Assembly (NCBI GenBank): GCA_964467385.1
Contig: CAYXQC010000001.1
Coordinates: 71,896-135,895 of the forward strand
Reading direction: 5' to 3'
DNA: 64,000 nucleotides
DNA from: an uncultured Candidatus Saccharibacteria bacterium
GTDB lineage: Bacteria > Patescibacteriota > Minisyncoccia > Phycocordibacterales > CAIZLB01
The notes under the pieces are model-generated. The model was not told where the DNA came from, made no database searches, and saw only the letters and a program-made list of their open reading frames with translations. Each line of letters starts with the position of its first letter. The stretch's first letter is position 1. The translations under genes and the position numbers were made by a program. Of this stretch, positions 8,868-18,195 are shown piece by piece.

Positions 8868-10973
8868 ATGTACGAGAAAATCACTTCATGGGCTGTCGCA
8901 ATCTGTCTGGTACTTCTGCCAATCTTTATAGTTCCATTCACTGACACTTCGTTTTTTATGGCAAAGTTTGGTCTCGTGACTTTGGTAGGGATTGTGGCGG
9001 TCATAGCGATTATACTTCGAGCTCTCAGTGATCGAAAGATTGAGAAATATCCTGCACTTATATATAGTGCACTCTTCTCGCTCCCTCTTGTGTATATTGT
9101 ATCCGCACTTTTTGGTGCACATTCATCGGGAAGTCTTATGGGAAATGGTAGCGAGATCGATACTGCTTATTTCTTCTGTCTAGGGTCAGTACTTGCATAC
9201 CTCATATCAGGCCTTTATCGATCAAGAAATAAGATCTTTATGCTTGCACTCAGTATGTCTTTGGTTGGTCTTTTAGTTTCTATCTTTCATGTACTTCGGT
9301 TTGTATTTGGAAAAACATTTCTTTCGTTTGGACTTTTCAACGCTATAAGTTCAAATACGGTTGGCGGATTCAATGATCTTGGTATTTATGCTGGACTTAT
9401 TGCTATCATTTCACTTCTTTCAATTGAGTTACTTTCTGTTCATAAGATTTTGCGTGTCCTTTTGTATGTGACGCTTGTGCTTTCTCTCGCTATTGTTGCA
9501 GTGGCAAATTTCAATTTTATTAACGATCTTTTTGGACTTGGTATACCAGTATCGCTCTCTGCTTTAATTGCACTTTTTGCACTTATTGTGTTCATTCATA
9601 AAAAAGTGACTCATATGAAGAACTCATTACCTGTTGCTTCGCTTGTGACACTCCTGATTGCACTTGTTCTTACGATTGCGGTTTCTCCGATTTCATCTTT
9701 CATTTCATCAAAGATAGGTCTTACTCAAGATGAGGTATTAGATATCCGGGTATCACCATCGCTGACTGCTGATATGGCCATTGCTACATATAGTGACAGC
9801 CTAAAACAAACATTTCTTGGTACAGGTCCAAATAAGTTCTATACAGCTTGGGCACTACATAAACCAACCGTATACCCAGGTTCTATAAATGGCACTGTGT
9901 TTTGGAATACAGATTTTAATCTTGCATCAGGGTTTGTACCCACTTCATTTGTGTCAACTGGTGTGCTTGGGGTCCTTGCTTGGCTCCTATTATTCAGTGT
10001 TATTGTCTTCTATGCAATAAGACTCTTGAAGCAAGTGGCAAAACCTGAAAAGGATACGATGGGACTTTTTGTGGCTTGGTTTTCAACTATTTCTACTCTT
10101 TATCTATGGTTCGTGGCATTCTTCTTCACACCTGGTCCTGTTATTCTTTTCTTTGCGTTTATGTTTACTGGACTTTTCTTAGCAACGCTTATTCATGAAA
10201 ATATTATTTCTACAAAAGAAGTAAGCTGGGATGTCTCGACCTATTGGCGAGGATTTGCACTCACATTGGGTATGATTCTTCTAATCGTGGCACTTATTTA
10301 TATCGGATTTATTTGGTCACAGCGTCTCACAGCATCAATGTCAGTTCAAGCTGCAACCCGTGCCCTTCAGAAAAATCCTCCAGCGATTTCTGAAGCACAG
10401 CAGGACATGCTTAAGGCAGTGAATACCTATTTCAACACGGGGGACCTTCGATTAGCTTCGGATATTTCGCTTATTCGACCGAACATGTTGATCGCTGAAA
10501 CAAAAGGTGTCGTAGCTCCTGAAAAATTAAATCAAGAAATTGTATCTGATATTACATTTGCCATAAACGCGGCGCGTCGAGCTGCAATTGATAGAGGCGC
10601 TTCACCTGATTATAGAGATTGGCTCCAGCTTGGAAAAGTGTACGAGACTGCAACATTCCTCGGTGCAACTACAACTGCTACACTTGCAGTGCAGTCATAT
10701 GCAGAAGCTGAACGATTGAACCCTACAAGTCCGGTGCCGCCATATCTTATTGGGCGACTATATGCACTTGCGCGAAATTTCCCAGTAGCTGCTCAAAAGT
10801 TAAGGCGAGCACTTGATCTAAAACCTGATTATACAGAAGCTCGAGATTTGTATAATTCAATCGGTGGTGAATCTATCGGTGCAGCTGAAAATGCAGTAGT
10901 AAAAACTGCAGCGAGTTCAGCTACTAGCACATCAGGAGCAAATAGTGCCACATCAACAAAAACTAAAAAATAA
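8868..10973 (+). CDS. O-antigen ligase-like (Wzy/RfaL-type) polytopic membrane protein with C-terminal TPR and Ser/Thr-rich tail
   Basis: About 12 TM helices N-terminal, C-terminal TPR-like repeats, and a low-complexity SSATSTSGANSATSTKTKK tail. Confidence 0.6.
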   Translation: MYEKITSWAVAICLVLLPIFIVPFTDTSFFMAKFGLVTLVGIVAVIAIILRALSDRKIEKYPALIYSALFSLPLVYIVSALFGAHSSGSLMGNGSEIDTAYFFCLGSVLAYLISGLYRSRNKIFMLALSMSLVGLLVSIFHVLRFVFGKTFLSFGLFNAISSNTVGGFNDLGIYAGLIAIISLLSIELLSVHKILRVLLYVTLVLSLAIVAVANFNFINDLFGLGIPVSLSALIALFALIVFIHKKVTHMKNSLPVASLVTLLIALVLTIAVSPISSFISSKIGLTQDEVLDIRVSPSLTADMAIATYSDSLKQTFLGTGPNKFYTAWALHKPTVYPGSINGTVFWNTDFNLASGFVPTSFVSTGVLGVLAWLLLFSVIVFYAIRLLKQVAKPEKDTMGLFVAWFSTISTLYLWFVAFFFTPGPVILFFAFMFTGLFLATLIHENIISTKEVSWDVSTYWRGFALTLGMILLIVALIYIGFIWSQRLTASMSVQAATRALQKNPPAISEAQQDMLKAVNTYFNTGDLRLASDISLIRPNMLIAETKGVVAPEKLNQEIVSDITFAINAARRAAIDRGASPDYRDWLQLGKVYETATFLGATTTATLAVQSYAEAERLNPTSPVPPYLIGRLYALARNFPVAAQKLRRALDLKPDYTEARDLYNSIGGESIGAAENAVVKTAASSATSTSGANSATSTKTKK

Positions 10974-10994
10974 ACACTACAAAATAAGCGTAAA

Positions 10995-12785
10995 ATGGTA
11001 AATAGAATTCTTAGAATATTTCATAAAGAAATCGCAGGGTTACATCAAGCGGCATTTCTTCTGGGGGCTTTTACCTTTTTATCTCAACTTTTGGCACTCG
11101 TACGTGATCGAATGCTGGCTGGATATTTCGGTGCAGGCCAGACTCTCGATGTTTATTACACTGCCTTTCGAATTCCTGATCTAATCTACGCATCGGTTGC
11201 ATCACTTGTTTCTATCTCTGTGTTGATTCCGTTTTTGACAGGTGTTATGGAACAAGACAAAGAAAAGAGTAGTGATCCTGCTAGCGAAAAAATTCAGTCA
11301 AAGAAAATCCTCAATTCTGTTTTCACAGTATTTTTTATAGCGATGGTTTTAGTGTCAGTTTTGGCTTTTGCTCTAATGCCAATTTTGGTCCATACATTTT
11401 TCTCGAATATTGGCGATGAAACAGTGTTATCGAAGATTATTTTCTTGTCGCGACTTCTCTTGTTGCAACCGATTTGTCTCGGTATATCAAACGTACTTGG
11501 TGTTGTAACACAAATAGGTAAGCGTTTCTTCTTGTATGCGCTTAGTCCTATTTTCTACAACATTGCCATTATTGTTGGTCTTGTATTTTTGTACCCACGA
11601 TACGGGATTACAGGAGTAGTGCTCGGGGTGGTTTTTGGTGGACTACTTCATTTTGCAATTCAAATTCCGTATGTACTTCGGGTGGGATTATTACCGAAAT
11701 TTACTTTCAAAGTAGATTTTAAGATTATTCTTAATGTGGTAAAGGTTTCTATTCCAAGAACAATCGCTTTGTCTGCTAATATGTTTGAATTGATTGTGAT
11801 CACCTCATTTGCCTCATGGCTCGCGGTCGGATCTGTCGCGGTATTTAACTTGGCGCTCAATTTGCAATCAGTTCCATTTGCGATTATTGGTGTAAGTTAT
11901 GCATTGGCTGCATTTCCAACGCTTTCAGCCTATTTTGCGAAAGGGGAGCGCGAACAGTTTATGAGTCACATCATCACTGCTACGCGTCATGTAATTTTCT
12001 GGTCGATTCCTATCGCTGCACTCTTTATCGTACTTCGTGCACAGATTGTTCGTACGATTCTTGGTAATGGATATTTCAATTGGGATCACACAAAGCTTAC
12101 GGCTGCTTGTCTTGCACTTTTTGTGATTTCGCTTGTGGCACAGGGTCTTGAGCTACTTTTTATTCGAGCATATTATGCAGCTGGCAATACTATTAAGCCT
12201 GTTATTATTAACATCTTTTCATCTGCTGCAACTATCCTTGCTCCACTTCTGTTACTTAAACTATATGCAAGCTATGAACTTTTTCGATTCTTCATAGAAT
12301 CTTTATTTAAAGTTCAAGACATTGCGGGAGCTTCTGTGCTTATGTTGCCACTTGGATATTCTATAGGGACTTTGCTCAATGCACTTGCGTTTTGGATTAT
12401 GTTTGAACGTGATTTTGGAAAAAATAAAGGCACTAAGGTCGAAGTGATTTCAAGTGAATCAGGTGAAGTTGAGTCAACAAAAGTTACAGATTTTGGCTTC
12501 ACATCTTCTGTATTACCTACACTTTTTGCAAGTCTTCAAGCGGCGGTCGTTGGTGGTTTTATGGCATATGTAGGCCTTAATGTATTTGATGGAATATTTA
12601 ATCTTTCGACTGTTACGGGAATATTTATGCAAGGTTTCTTGGCTGGAATTCTTGGAATAATCGGTGCAATTTCGGTATTTATTCTCCTCGAAAATTCAGA
12701 ACTAAAAGAAGTTTCGAAAACACTTCAACAGAAGTTTACACGAGGAAAGATTATCGTATCTGAACCTGATAAGATTGAGGTCTGA
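10995..12785 (+). CDS. murJ: lipid II flippase MurJ (MviN) with C-terminal extension
   Basis: N-terminus FLLGAFTFLSQLLALVRDRMLAGYFGAGQTLDVYYTAFRIPD is characteristic of MurJ. About 14 TM helices, then an extra roughly 120 aa with two TM segments. TGA stop. Confidence 0.85.
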   Translation: MVNRILRIFHKEIAGLHQAAFLLGAFTFLSQLLALVRDRMLAGYFGAGQTLDVYYTAFRIPDLIYASVASLVSISVLIPFLTGVMEQDKEKSSDPASEKIQSKKILNSVFTVFFIAMVLVSVLAFALMPILVHTFFSNIGDETVLSKIIFLSRLLLLQPICLGISNVLGVVTQIGKRFFLYALSPIFYNIAIIVGLVFLYPRYGITGVVLGVVFGGLLHFAIQIPYVLRVGLLPKFTFKVDFKIILNVVKVSIPRTIALSANMFELIVITSFASWLAVGSVAVFNLALNLQSVPFAIIGVSYALAAFPTLSAYFAKGEREQFMSHIITATRHVIFWSIPIAALFIVLRAQIVRTILGNGYFNWDHTKLTAACLALFVISLVAQGLELLFIRAYYAAGNTIKPVIINIFSSAATILAPLLLLKLYASYELFRFFIESLFKVQDIAGASVLMLPLGYSIGTLLNALAFWIMFERDFGKNKGTKVEVISSESGEVESTKVTDFGFTSSVLPTLFASLQAAVVGGFMAYVGLNVFDGIFNLSTVTGIFMQGFLAGILGIIGAISVFILLENSELKEVSKTLQQKFTRGKIIVSEPDKIEV

Positions 12786-12840
12786 TTTTTTGCTTCGCAC
12801 AGTTTTGGACATCGATTTTGGGTGCAATTTAAGACATTAA

Positions 12841-12867
12841 AAAACTGCCACGCATGGCAGTTTTTTT
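12841..12867. terminator. bidirectional rho-independent terminator (murJ / mscL)
   Basis: aaaactgccacgcatggcagttttttt: stem ctgcca/tggcag flanked by an A-run and a T-run. Confidence 0.6.
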
Positions 12868-12891
12868 GAGCAGTACGGTTATGTTTCTAGC

Positions 12892-13224
12892 CTATTTTGT
12901 CTCTGCTGTTAGTGCCTGAACTGAATGTCTTTGCAAAAATTTATGCACGAATTTGATGGCAATAAAGACTGAGAATGCAACGATAAGAAAATTTACAATA
13001 TTGTTGATAAAAGCACCCACTTTGATAACTCCACCATTGATATGAATCGCAATCGATGCAAAATCAGGTTGTTTAAACAGAGCTGCGATAATCTGCATGA
13101 TGATGTCGTTTACAAGAGAGTCTACAATCTTATTGAATGCAGTACCGATTACAACACCGACTGCAAGATCGATCACGTTACCCTTGACCGCGAATGCTTT
13201 AAATTCATCAAGAAAGTTTTTCAT
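12892..13224 (-). CDS. mscL: large-conductance mechanosensitive channel
   Basis: MKNFLDEFKAFAVKGNVIDLAVGVVIGTAFNKIV is the canonical MscL N-terminus; 110 aa. Confidence 0.9.
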   Translation of the reverse strand: MKNFLDEFKAFAVKGNVIDLAVGVVIGTAFNKIVDSLVNDIIMQIIAALFKQPDFASIAIHINGGVIKVGAFINNIVNFLIVAFSVFIAIKFVHKFLQRHSVQALTAETK

Positions 13225-13239
13225 ATTTTTTAATGCTGC

Positions 13240-14052
13240 TTATTTTTTAATAGGAGCAACTTGTACTGGTCTAGCTTCAAGTGAGCCACCCTCTGAAGAT
13301 TGCTCAATTACTTCAACGTTTGTAGTGATTGATTTCGTACTGCTGCCAACTTTTACTTCGGTTGTATTTGCTGCAGAAGCTGCTTTTGGATTGAGTTCTG
13401 CTTCAATGATTGCTTTAAGTTTGTCATACGTTACTACTCCTCGAATCAGAGGTTTACCATTTACGAGAGCTGTTGGAGTCGAATTGATACCCATTGAATT
13501 TGCATCGATTTGATCCTGATATACGATCTTGGCGTACGCTGTACTATTTGCTTTAAGATCTGCCTTGTATTTGGCTACATCAAGACCAATCTGCGCTGCG
13601 TATGTTTCAAAGAGAGTCGATATTTCATCGTCTTTTAGACCGAAAGCTGTCCATTTGTCCTGATTTTCATACATGATGTCATGCATCTCAATAAACTTGC
13701 CCTGCTCACGAGCGGCAAATACTGCTGATGCAGCGAGTACTGAGTGAGAATGGATAGGGATTACTCGGAATACAAAGTCGATTTTGTCTCCATATTCTTT
13801 CATGATTTGCTTCAGAGCAGGGTGAAGCATTGCACATGCTGGACACTCAAAGTCAGCAAATTCTACAAACTGAATTTTAGGATCGCTACCAGTTTTTCGC
13901 AAGCTGTCTTCTCGAACAAGTGCGTCTTTGTTTACTGTTATTTCTGGCTGGCCTGCTTTCTGCTGGCTATTATTTGCGAGCATGAGTCCGATAACAATAA
14001 CTGCAACCGTAATAATACCGATAATGCTTAAGATTTTTGTGTCTGAGTTCAT
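13240..14052 (-). CDS. DsbA/BdbD-like thiol:disulfide oxidoreductase (membrane-anchored)
   Basis: N-terminal TM, CPAC active site in a thioredoxin fold (FADFECPACAMLHP). Confidence 0.8.
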   Translation of the reverse strand: MNSDTKILSIIGIITVAVIVIGLMLANNSQQKAGQPEITVNKDALVREDSLRKTGSDPKIQFVEFADFECPACAMLHPALKQIMKEYGDKIDFVFRVIPIHSHSVLAASAVFAAREQGKFIEMHDIMYENQDKWTAFGLKDDEISTLFETYAAQIGLDVAKYKADLKANSTAYAKIVYQDQIDANSMGINSTPTALVNGKPLIRGVVTYDKLKAIIEAELNPKAASAANTTEVKVGSSTKSITTNVEVIEQSSEGGSLEARPVQVAPIKK

Positions 14053-14135
14053 GAGGGGATTATAACAAAAAAGCTACCCCTCTCGACAGTCTGTACAAGG
14101 GCGTGCTTCTCTGTTGTTTTGTTGCTGGTATCTTG

Positions 14136-14165
14136 AATCTAAATCTAAATCTAAATCTAAATCTG
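14136..14165. repeat. hexanucleotide microsatellite (aatcta) x about 5
   Basis: Four perfect and one imperfect tandem copies between dsbB and the dsbA-like gene. Confidence 0.8.
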
Positions 14166-14211
14166 AGTTAATGGAAAATTTTGCTGATTGATGTTACGTG
14201 TATGTAACAGT

Positions 14212-14658
14212 TTACATTGCAGCACCTACTCTACGTCGTTCAACAAGCATCATCACGATGATAACTGAGAACGCTGTAAATGCGAGAAATGGGATTGTGA
14301 TAAATCCAAACCATTCAATGTATCGAGTGGTACAGGATACGCCAGTTTCGCATGGAGCGAGTGTGTCGGGAACGATCTTGTAGTAGAGCAGGTTATGGTA
14401 AATGGAAATAACCCAACCGATGAGTGCTGGAGCAAGTACAAAAAGCCAAGTATTTTGATCGCGTTTTATGATACCAATAGTAAGTGCGATAAAGAGAGGG
14501 AACATGGCAATGCGTTGATACCAGCAAAGAATACAGGGTTTCAAAAGCATCACATCACTAAAATACATACTTCCAAGAAATGCGACGATTGCTTGGATAA
14601 GCGCGAGAATAAGTGCATTCCTAATAATGAATTGTTTGATTTTTTGCATATGAGTCAT
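14212..14658 (-). CDS. disulfide bond formation protein B (DsbB/BdbC family)
   Basis: Four TM helices, a PCILCWYQRI motif (BdbC-like Cys pair) and a second Cys pair, APCETGVSC. Confidence 0.75.
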   Translation of the reverse strand: MTHMQKIKQFIIRNALILALIQAIVAFLGSMYFSDVMLLKPCILCWYQRIAMFPLFIALTIGIIKRDQNTWLFVLAPALIGWVISIYHNLLYYKIVPDTLAPCETGVSCTTRYIEWFGFITIPFLAFTAFSVIIVMMLVERRRVGAAM

Positions 14659-14880
14659 ATGTGTTTAGTATATCAAATAGCAAGACAGTGTTTCGTACAG
14701 TGTTTCGTATCGTTTATTTGACACACTTACATAAATAATACATAATCACAAACGCAAAAATGCCTGCTTTTTGCATATCTAGGTATGAGCCACGGCTGCT
14801 ACAAGACAGCTTGTCGCTCGGATCAGTTGATCCCTTGGGTAAAACAACATAAACCAGCAGGTCAGGAGGGATAAACCCAA

Positions 14881-15438
14881 ATGAAATCGAAAGACACCGG
14901 TCGCACAGCGGTTAATCTGCGCAATCTTGTTCTGCTCTTTGTGTCACTTGTGCTGGCATCGTGCCAAAACGAGTATATGAGGAATCCTTTCTGGGCTGGT
15001 CCGCCAATGCAGCGAAGCTATGGCTCTTACGGTGGAGCTACCTATGGTCACCGAGCGCCGGTTACGCAAAGCTACTACGGTTATGTGCCGAAGTACCAGT
15101 ATCCTCCGGGAGTGAAAGGGTCAATTTCATCTCGTCCAAAAACCACAGCAAAGACTGGTTCAGGCATCGAGACTAAGAGGCCGACTACAACAGTGAAAGG
15201 TTACAGCCAAGACAGATCACGGGATTGGCTACCGCCAATCCCTACATGTCCTGGCTACCACGCACGTTGGGACACACGTTCTTTTCCAAAGTCAAAGAAT
15301 GGATACTACTGGGTCGTCGATCATAAAGGAAATACATGGTCTATGACGCCTAGCGAGTTTTATCCGTTCTGGTCACAGCGGATCTGGAATTACGAATATA
15401 TCCAGACTTTCGAATCGTATCCGTTTAAACGACGATAG
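14881..15438 (+). CDS. hypothetical lipoprotein on a second high-GC islet
   Basis: Lipobox LVLASC after the signal peptide, Tyr/Pro/Gly-rich body, no family match. Local GC about 50%. Strong SD aggaggg 8 nt upstream, unlike neighbouring genes. Confidence 0.55.
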   Translation: MKSKDTGRTAVNLRNLVLLFVSLVLASCQNEYMRNPFWAGPPMQRSYGSYGGATYGHRAPVTQSYYGYVPKYQYPPGVKGSISSRPKTTAKTGSGIETKRPTTTVKGYSQDRSRDWLPPIPTCPGYHARWDTRSFPKSKNGYYWVVDHKGNTWSMTPSEFYPFWSQRIWNYEYIQTFESYPFKRR

Positions 15439-15461
15439 TTGCGAAACAAAAAAAGTTTGCA

Positions 15462-15502
15462 AACAAAAATCCTGACATACAACACGTGTGTCAGGATTTT
15501 CA
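15462..15502. terminator. bidirectional terminator (islet lipoprotein gene / thrS)
   Basis: 9-bp stem atcctgaca/tgtcaggat with an 11-nt loop, flanked by an A-run and a T-run. Confidence 0.6.
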
Positions 15503-15550
15503 TCTTTTTAAATTTCACAAACTGGTTGGCAAAATTTTTCAGCGACAAAA

Positions 15551-17368
15551 TTACTCCAATGCCTTTGTTTTAATTTTCTCAAGAATCATTGTAAGCGCCT
15601 CATCAACACTAAACACACCGATTTTCTCTTTTAGACCTTCAAGTGTGAGTTGACCCGCTTCGATTTCTTTATCTCCAATCACGGCGGTAACTGGAATCTT
15701 TTCAGTCTTGGCGTTTCGTACACGTTTACCAAAGCTGTCATTTGAATCATCGAGTTCAACACGAATACCAAGTGCTTTAGCTTTTTTGTACACCTCATCT
15801 GCAAACGCTGTTTGTCGTTCACCTATCGGAACTATTCGAAGTTGAACAGGTGCCATCCAAATAGGGAATGCACCGGCGAAGTGTTCGATGATAACGCTCA
15901 AGAATCGTTCGATAGATCCCATGATTGCTACATGAAGCATTGCTATGCCTTCTTTCTCACCTTTTTCATTGATACAAGAAAGTTCAAATCGAGCTGGTTG
16001 TACAAAATCGAGTTGGATTGTTGCAACTTGGTGCGGTCGTCCGATTGCGTCTTTTGCCATAAAGTCAATCTTTGGACCATAGAAAGCAGCTTCACCTGGA
16101 CCATCAACCCATTCATCGGTATGTGAAAGGATAACTTTCTTTAAAGTTTCTTCTGCTATATCCCAATTTTTAGCATCACCGAGATATTTCTCCGGATTTT
16201 CAGGATCACGTCGAGAGAGACGAGGGATGATCTTTGAGAATCCAAATGTTGAGTAGAATTCGTTGATAATACTCCATACATTTTCTACTTCGTCGTTGAT
16301 TTGATTGATTCGACAAAATACATGCGCATCGTCTTGCGTAATACAGAGTACTCGAGAGAGTCCTGAAAGTTCACCGGATTGTTCGTCACGGTATACAGCA
16401 GTCGTCTCGCAATATCGCTGAGGCATATCTCGATAACTTCGCATTTCAGCATCAAAAATTTGCGTATGATGCGGACAGTTCATGGGTTTCATTGCGTACA
16501 CATGTTTTTCTCGAGTCTCGATTTTAAATAAATCATCTTTGTATTTGTCCCAGTGTCCAGATTTTTCATACAAATCTTTCTTTGTGATATGTGGAATAGA
16601 AACCTTCTGGTACCCGTACCGAGATCGAAGTTCCATTACGTAGTCATTAAGAGTTTCTCGAATCATGGTTCCTTTTGGAGACCAAAGAGGGAGACCTGCT
16701 CCAACAAGTTCAGAGAATGTAAAAAGCCCGAGCTCTCTTCCAAGCTTCTTGTGGTCTCTTTTCTTGGCTTCTTCCTGCATGTGCTGATACTCTTTTAGTT
16801 CATCTTTTGTAGCAAAAGCTAAACCGTATACTCGTGTGAGCATTTTATTTTTTTCATCACCTCGCCAATATGCACCGGCAACACGGTTAATAGTGAATGA
16901 ATTCTGATCAATAGTACTCATATCATCAGCATGTCCGCCCCGGCAGAGATCTGTGAATTCGTATGTAGTACCTGAGCCAACCGTGTAAAGTGTAATCTTT
17001 TCACCTCGAGCGACGATTTCTTCTATGAGCTCAAGTTTATAAGGATTTTCAGAAAAAAGAGCTCGTGCTTCTTCAGCGGAAACTTCTTTATGCAAAAAAC
17101 AAGCAGCATCTTTGGCTGTACCTCTTTTGCTTGCGATAGTCCATTCTTTGAGAATTTCTCGCATCTTATCTTCGATGACAGGCAGATCGGTGTCTTTGAT
17201 AGGGGAGGTAAAATCCATATCATAATAGAAACCATTTTCAACGGCAGGACCGATAGTAAGGAGCGTTTGAGGGTAGAGGCTTACCGTCGCCGTCGCAAGG
17301 AGGTGGGCTAGGGAATGTCTAATATGTTCGATATTTGCAGGAGCCCCTGCGTTTGCTTCTTTGTTCAT
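15551..17368 (-). CDS. thrS: threonyl-tRNA synthetase (lacks N-terminal TGS domain)
   Basis: Class II aaRS motifs and the editing-domain HxxxH (HIRHSLAHLL) near the N-terminus; 605 aa. Confidence 0.9.
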   Translation of the reverse strand: MNKEANAGAPANIEHIRHSLAHLLATATVSLYPQTLLTIGPAVENGFYYDMDFTSPIKDTDLPVIEDKMREILKEWTIASKRGTAKDAACFLHKEVSAEEARALFSENPYKLELIEEIVARGEKITLYTVGSGTTYEFTDLCRGGHADDMSTIDQNSFTINRVAGAYWRGDEKNKMLTRVYGLAFATKDELKEYQHMQEEAKKRDHKKLGRELGLFTFSELVGAGLPLWSPKGTMIRETLNDYVMELRSRYGYQKVSIPHITKKDLYEKSGHWDKYKDDLFKIETREKHVYAMKPMNCPHHTQIFDAEMRSYRDMPQRYCETTAVYRDEQSGELSGLSRVLCITQDDAHVFCRINQINDEVENVWSIINEFYSTFGFSKIIPRLSRRDPENPEKYLGDAKNWDIAEETLKKVILSHTDEWVDGPGEAAFYGPKIDFMAKDAIGRPHQVATIQLDFVQPARFELSCINEKGEKEGIAMLHVAIMGSIERFLSVIIEHFAGAFPIWMAPVQLRIVPIGERQTAFADEVYKKAKALGIRVELDDSNDSFGKRVRNAKTEKIPVTAVIGDKEIEAGQLTLEGLKEKIGVFSVDEALTMILEKIKTKALE

Positions 17369-17607
17369 AATACGGACAGTGTAGCAGAAAAAAGCCCTTT
17401 GGATAAGGTAGAGACTGTCTGTACTCCTCTAGGCGATTAAAATGATTCATATCTTTAGTTTTTATGTTCAAATTGATTTATTTAGAATTTCTTGATACTC
17501 GCTTCATCTTGATTCTATATACTCTTTCGTGTGACTTTGGTGTGAGGTCGAAATTAATTAATAGTCCAATATTAGTCCTTCAGAGACGAGTTTCAGTGAT
17601 TGACTCA

Positions 17608-17637
17608 ATGTATCTAATATATATACTTTAGATACAT
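17608..17637. promoter_or_regulatory. palindromic putative operator immediately upstream of the antitoxin start
   Basis: atgtatctaa...ttagatacat, a 10-bp inverted repeat with an 11-bp AT spacer, ending 1 nt before the ATG. Confidence 0.35.
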
Positions 17638-17925
17638 ATGAAAAAAACTACCATGATACATGTTAAAACAGATGCAAAAGTAAAAAATGAAGCACAAAAG
17701 ATCGTTGAAGAGATGGGTTTAACCTTGAGTGGTGTTGTAAATGGTTTCTTAAAGAATCTTATCAGGACACGAGAGGTACGATTTGTAGTTGGTCCTAAGT
17801 TAAAACCATCTGTTGAGAGGGGTCTTATTAAGTCCATTAAAGATTACAAAGCGGGTAAACTTGGTAAACCTATGAATTTTGATGAAGCACTTGAGCATTT
17901 GCGCGGACTTTCAAATGAAAAATAA
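17638..17925 (+). CDS. type II antitoxin, DinJ/RelB family
   Basis: N-terminal ribbon-helix-helix-like segment VKNEAQKIVEEMGLTLSGVVNGFLKNLI resembles DinJ. Directly followed by a RelE-family ORF. Confidence 0.7.
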   Translation: MKKTTMIHVKTDAKVKNEAQKIVEEMGLTLSGVVNGFLKNLIRTREVRFVVGPKLKPSVERGLIKSIKDYKAGKLGKPMNFDEALEHLRGLSNEK

Positions 17926-18192
17926 TTGATAATGAATTTCATCTATTCAAATAAGTTCAATAAAAGATTCAAAAAACAAAATAGAGAAATACAATTAAAA
18001 TGGGAGGAACGATTCATTCTTTTTAGAAATTCACCTCAAAATCCATTACTAAATGTTCACAAATTGCACGGAAGGCTAAGTGACAGTTACAGTATAAATG
18101 TCACTGCTGATATTCGGGTTCTATTCGAGAAAATAGACAAAGACACGGTACTCTTCGAAGATATTGGCTCACATAGTGAACTCTACGAATGA
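17926..18192 (+). CDS. type II toxin, RelE/ParE (YafQ-like) family mRNA interferase
   Basis: C-terminal HKLHGRLSDSYSINVTADIRVLFEKID...IGSHSELY matches the RelE/StbE signature. Start is adjacent to the antitoxin stop. Confidence 0.75.
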   Translation: MIMNFIYSNKFNKRFKKQNREIQLKWEERFILFRNSPQNPLLNVHKLHGRLSDSYSINVTADIRVLFEKIDKDTVLFEDIGSHSELYE

Positions 18193-18195
18193 GCC

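Noticed and set aside
12783-12785. Possibility of TGA recoding (Gly/Trp) as in some candidate phyla
   Set aside because: murJ terminates at TGA with a proper terminator right after it, and Trp is encoded by TGG throughout rpoB and rpoC. No in-frame TGA is needed in any conserved gene.
17369-17637. T-box or other riboswitch leader for thrS in the 270-bp thrS / antitoxin divergent region
   Set aside because: No AATTAGGGTGGNACCGCG T-box motif or specifier-loop/antiterminator arrangement could be recognised by eye. The length is explained by two divergent promoters plus the TA operator palindrome.
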